A model generated the notes under the pieces. That model was given only the letters and a program-made list of their open reading frames with translations, ran no database searches and had not been told where the DNA came from. This document shows positions 63,371 through 64,000 of a stretch of 64,000 bases of DNA, in pieces. The translations under genes and the position numbers were made by a program. Position 1 is the stretch's first letter. Every line of letters begins with the position of its first letter. The stretch comes from Hyphochytrium catenoides (Eukaryota > Protista > Hyphochytriomycota), in contig FLMG01002043.1 of NCBI GenBank assembly GCA_900088475.1, positions 1-64,000 of the forward strand, given 5' to 3'.

Positions 63371-64000
63371 TTCAGAACCGGCTGCCTTTTCTCAATAGCA
63401 GCAGAAAATGAGTTGCAGGAGACGAAGAGAAGGGCGTGTCCTAGAACAACGTAAAAAGAAGCGAGAATAAGGAAGGAGAGAACCAGAGAGAAAGAAAAGA
63501 GGGGAGAGAGAGAGAGGAAGGAAAGGGAGAGAGACAGGGAGAGGCGCAGAGGGAAGAACGTACACAGGAAACGACCATTCGCACGAAAGAGAAAAGAACT
63601 GCACTTTCTTTCTAAGGAATATCTCTTCTCTGAGGAGGACGCTGTAATAAGAAACACAGAAACTCCTTCTTTTTGATGTTTCGTCAGTTTCTGTACCATT
63701 TGCCGAGTTTTTCTCTCTCGCGCGCGCGCACGCTTCCCACCACCACCCCGCTCTCGCCTGCATCTCTTCGTTCTTGTTCTCCTCCTGCACTCCTCGCCCT
63801 CTCTCCCACATCCCTAGGGGATCTTTCTCTCTCTCTCTCTTGTTGTCTTCTCTTCTGTTTATCTTTGGTCTCTTCCAGGAGATCCTGACAAGAAAGGACC
63901 CAAAAAGAGGCGCGTGGTGGGCGATAGAACTCTATTCTTGCGCTTTCTTCGTTTTCTTGGCGAGGAAGAACATCTTCTTTTGCCTTCTTTTTTATTTGAT

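Noticed and set aside
63086-63888. E/R-rich and L/S-rich ORFs at the right end
   Set aside because: They are translations of AG/CT microsatellites.
1-64000. CRISPR arrays, rRNA, prokaryotic operons or intact transposase/RT genes
   Set aside because: No regularly spaced repeats, rRNA signatures, or DDE/RT motifs were seen, and the gene structure is eukaryotic.

Overview
Eukaryotic, intron-rich (canonical GT-AG) genomic DNA with (AG/CT)n microsatellites and two N gaps. The organism cannot be determined from the window; a protist or stramenopile-like lineage is a guess only. The ORF track fragments most genes, so exons were joined by hand. Supported genes in order: (1) a ~12.7 kb minus-strand Nup188-like nucleoporin carrying an inserted SAM domain and a degenerate EF-hand pair; (2) an intronless GPI-type CE4 chitin/polysaccharide deacetylase; (3) an uncharacterised multi-pass membrane protein; (4) a single-repeat Cub1/DUF2408-like protein; (5) a small spliced PX-domain gene not shown in the ORF track; (6) head-to-head with it, a Ypr097w/Lec1-like (PXB + DUF3818) gene that appears to lack its own PX domain but adds a zinc finger and MABP-like repeats; (7) a GH38 alpha-mannosidase whose hidden last exon adds a TM helix and a YxxΦ sorting tail; (8) an intronless thaumatin-like protein; (9) a myristoylated F-box/LRR protein. 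Also present are a 315-bp MITE upstream of Nup188, a short telomeric-repeat tract, and several kb of decayed, apparently C-to-T mutated sequence. Family assignments rest on recalled motifs, not database searches.
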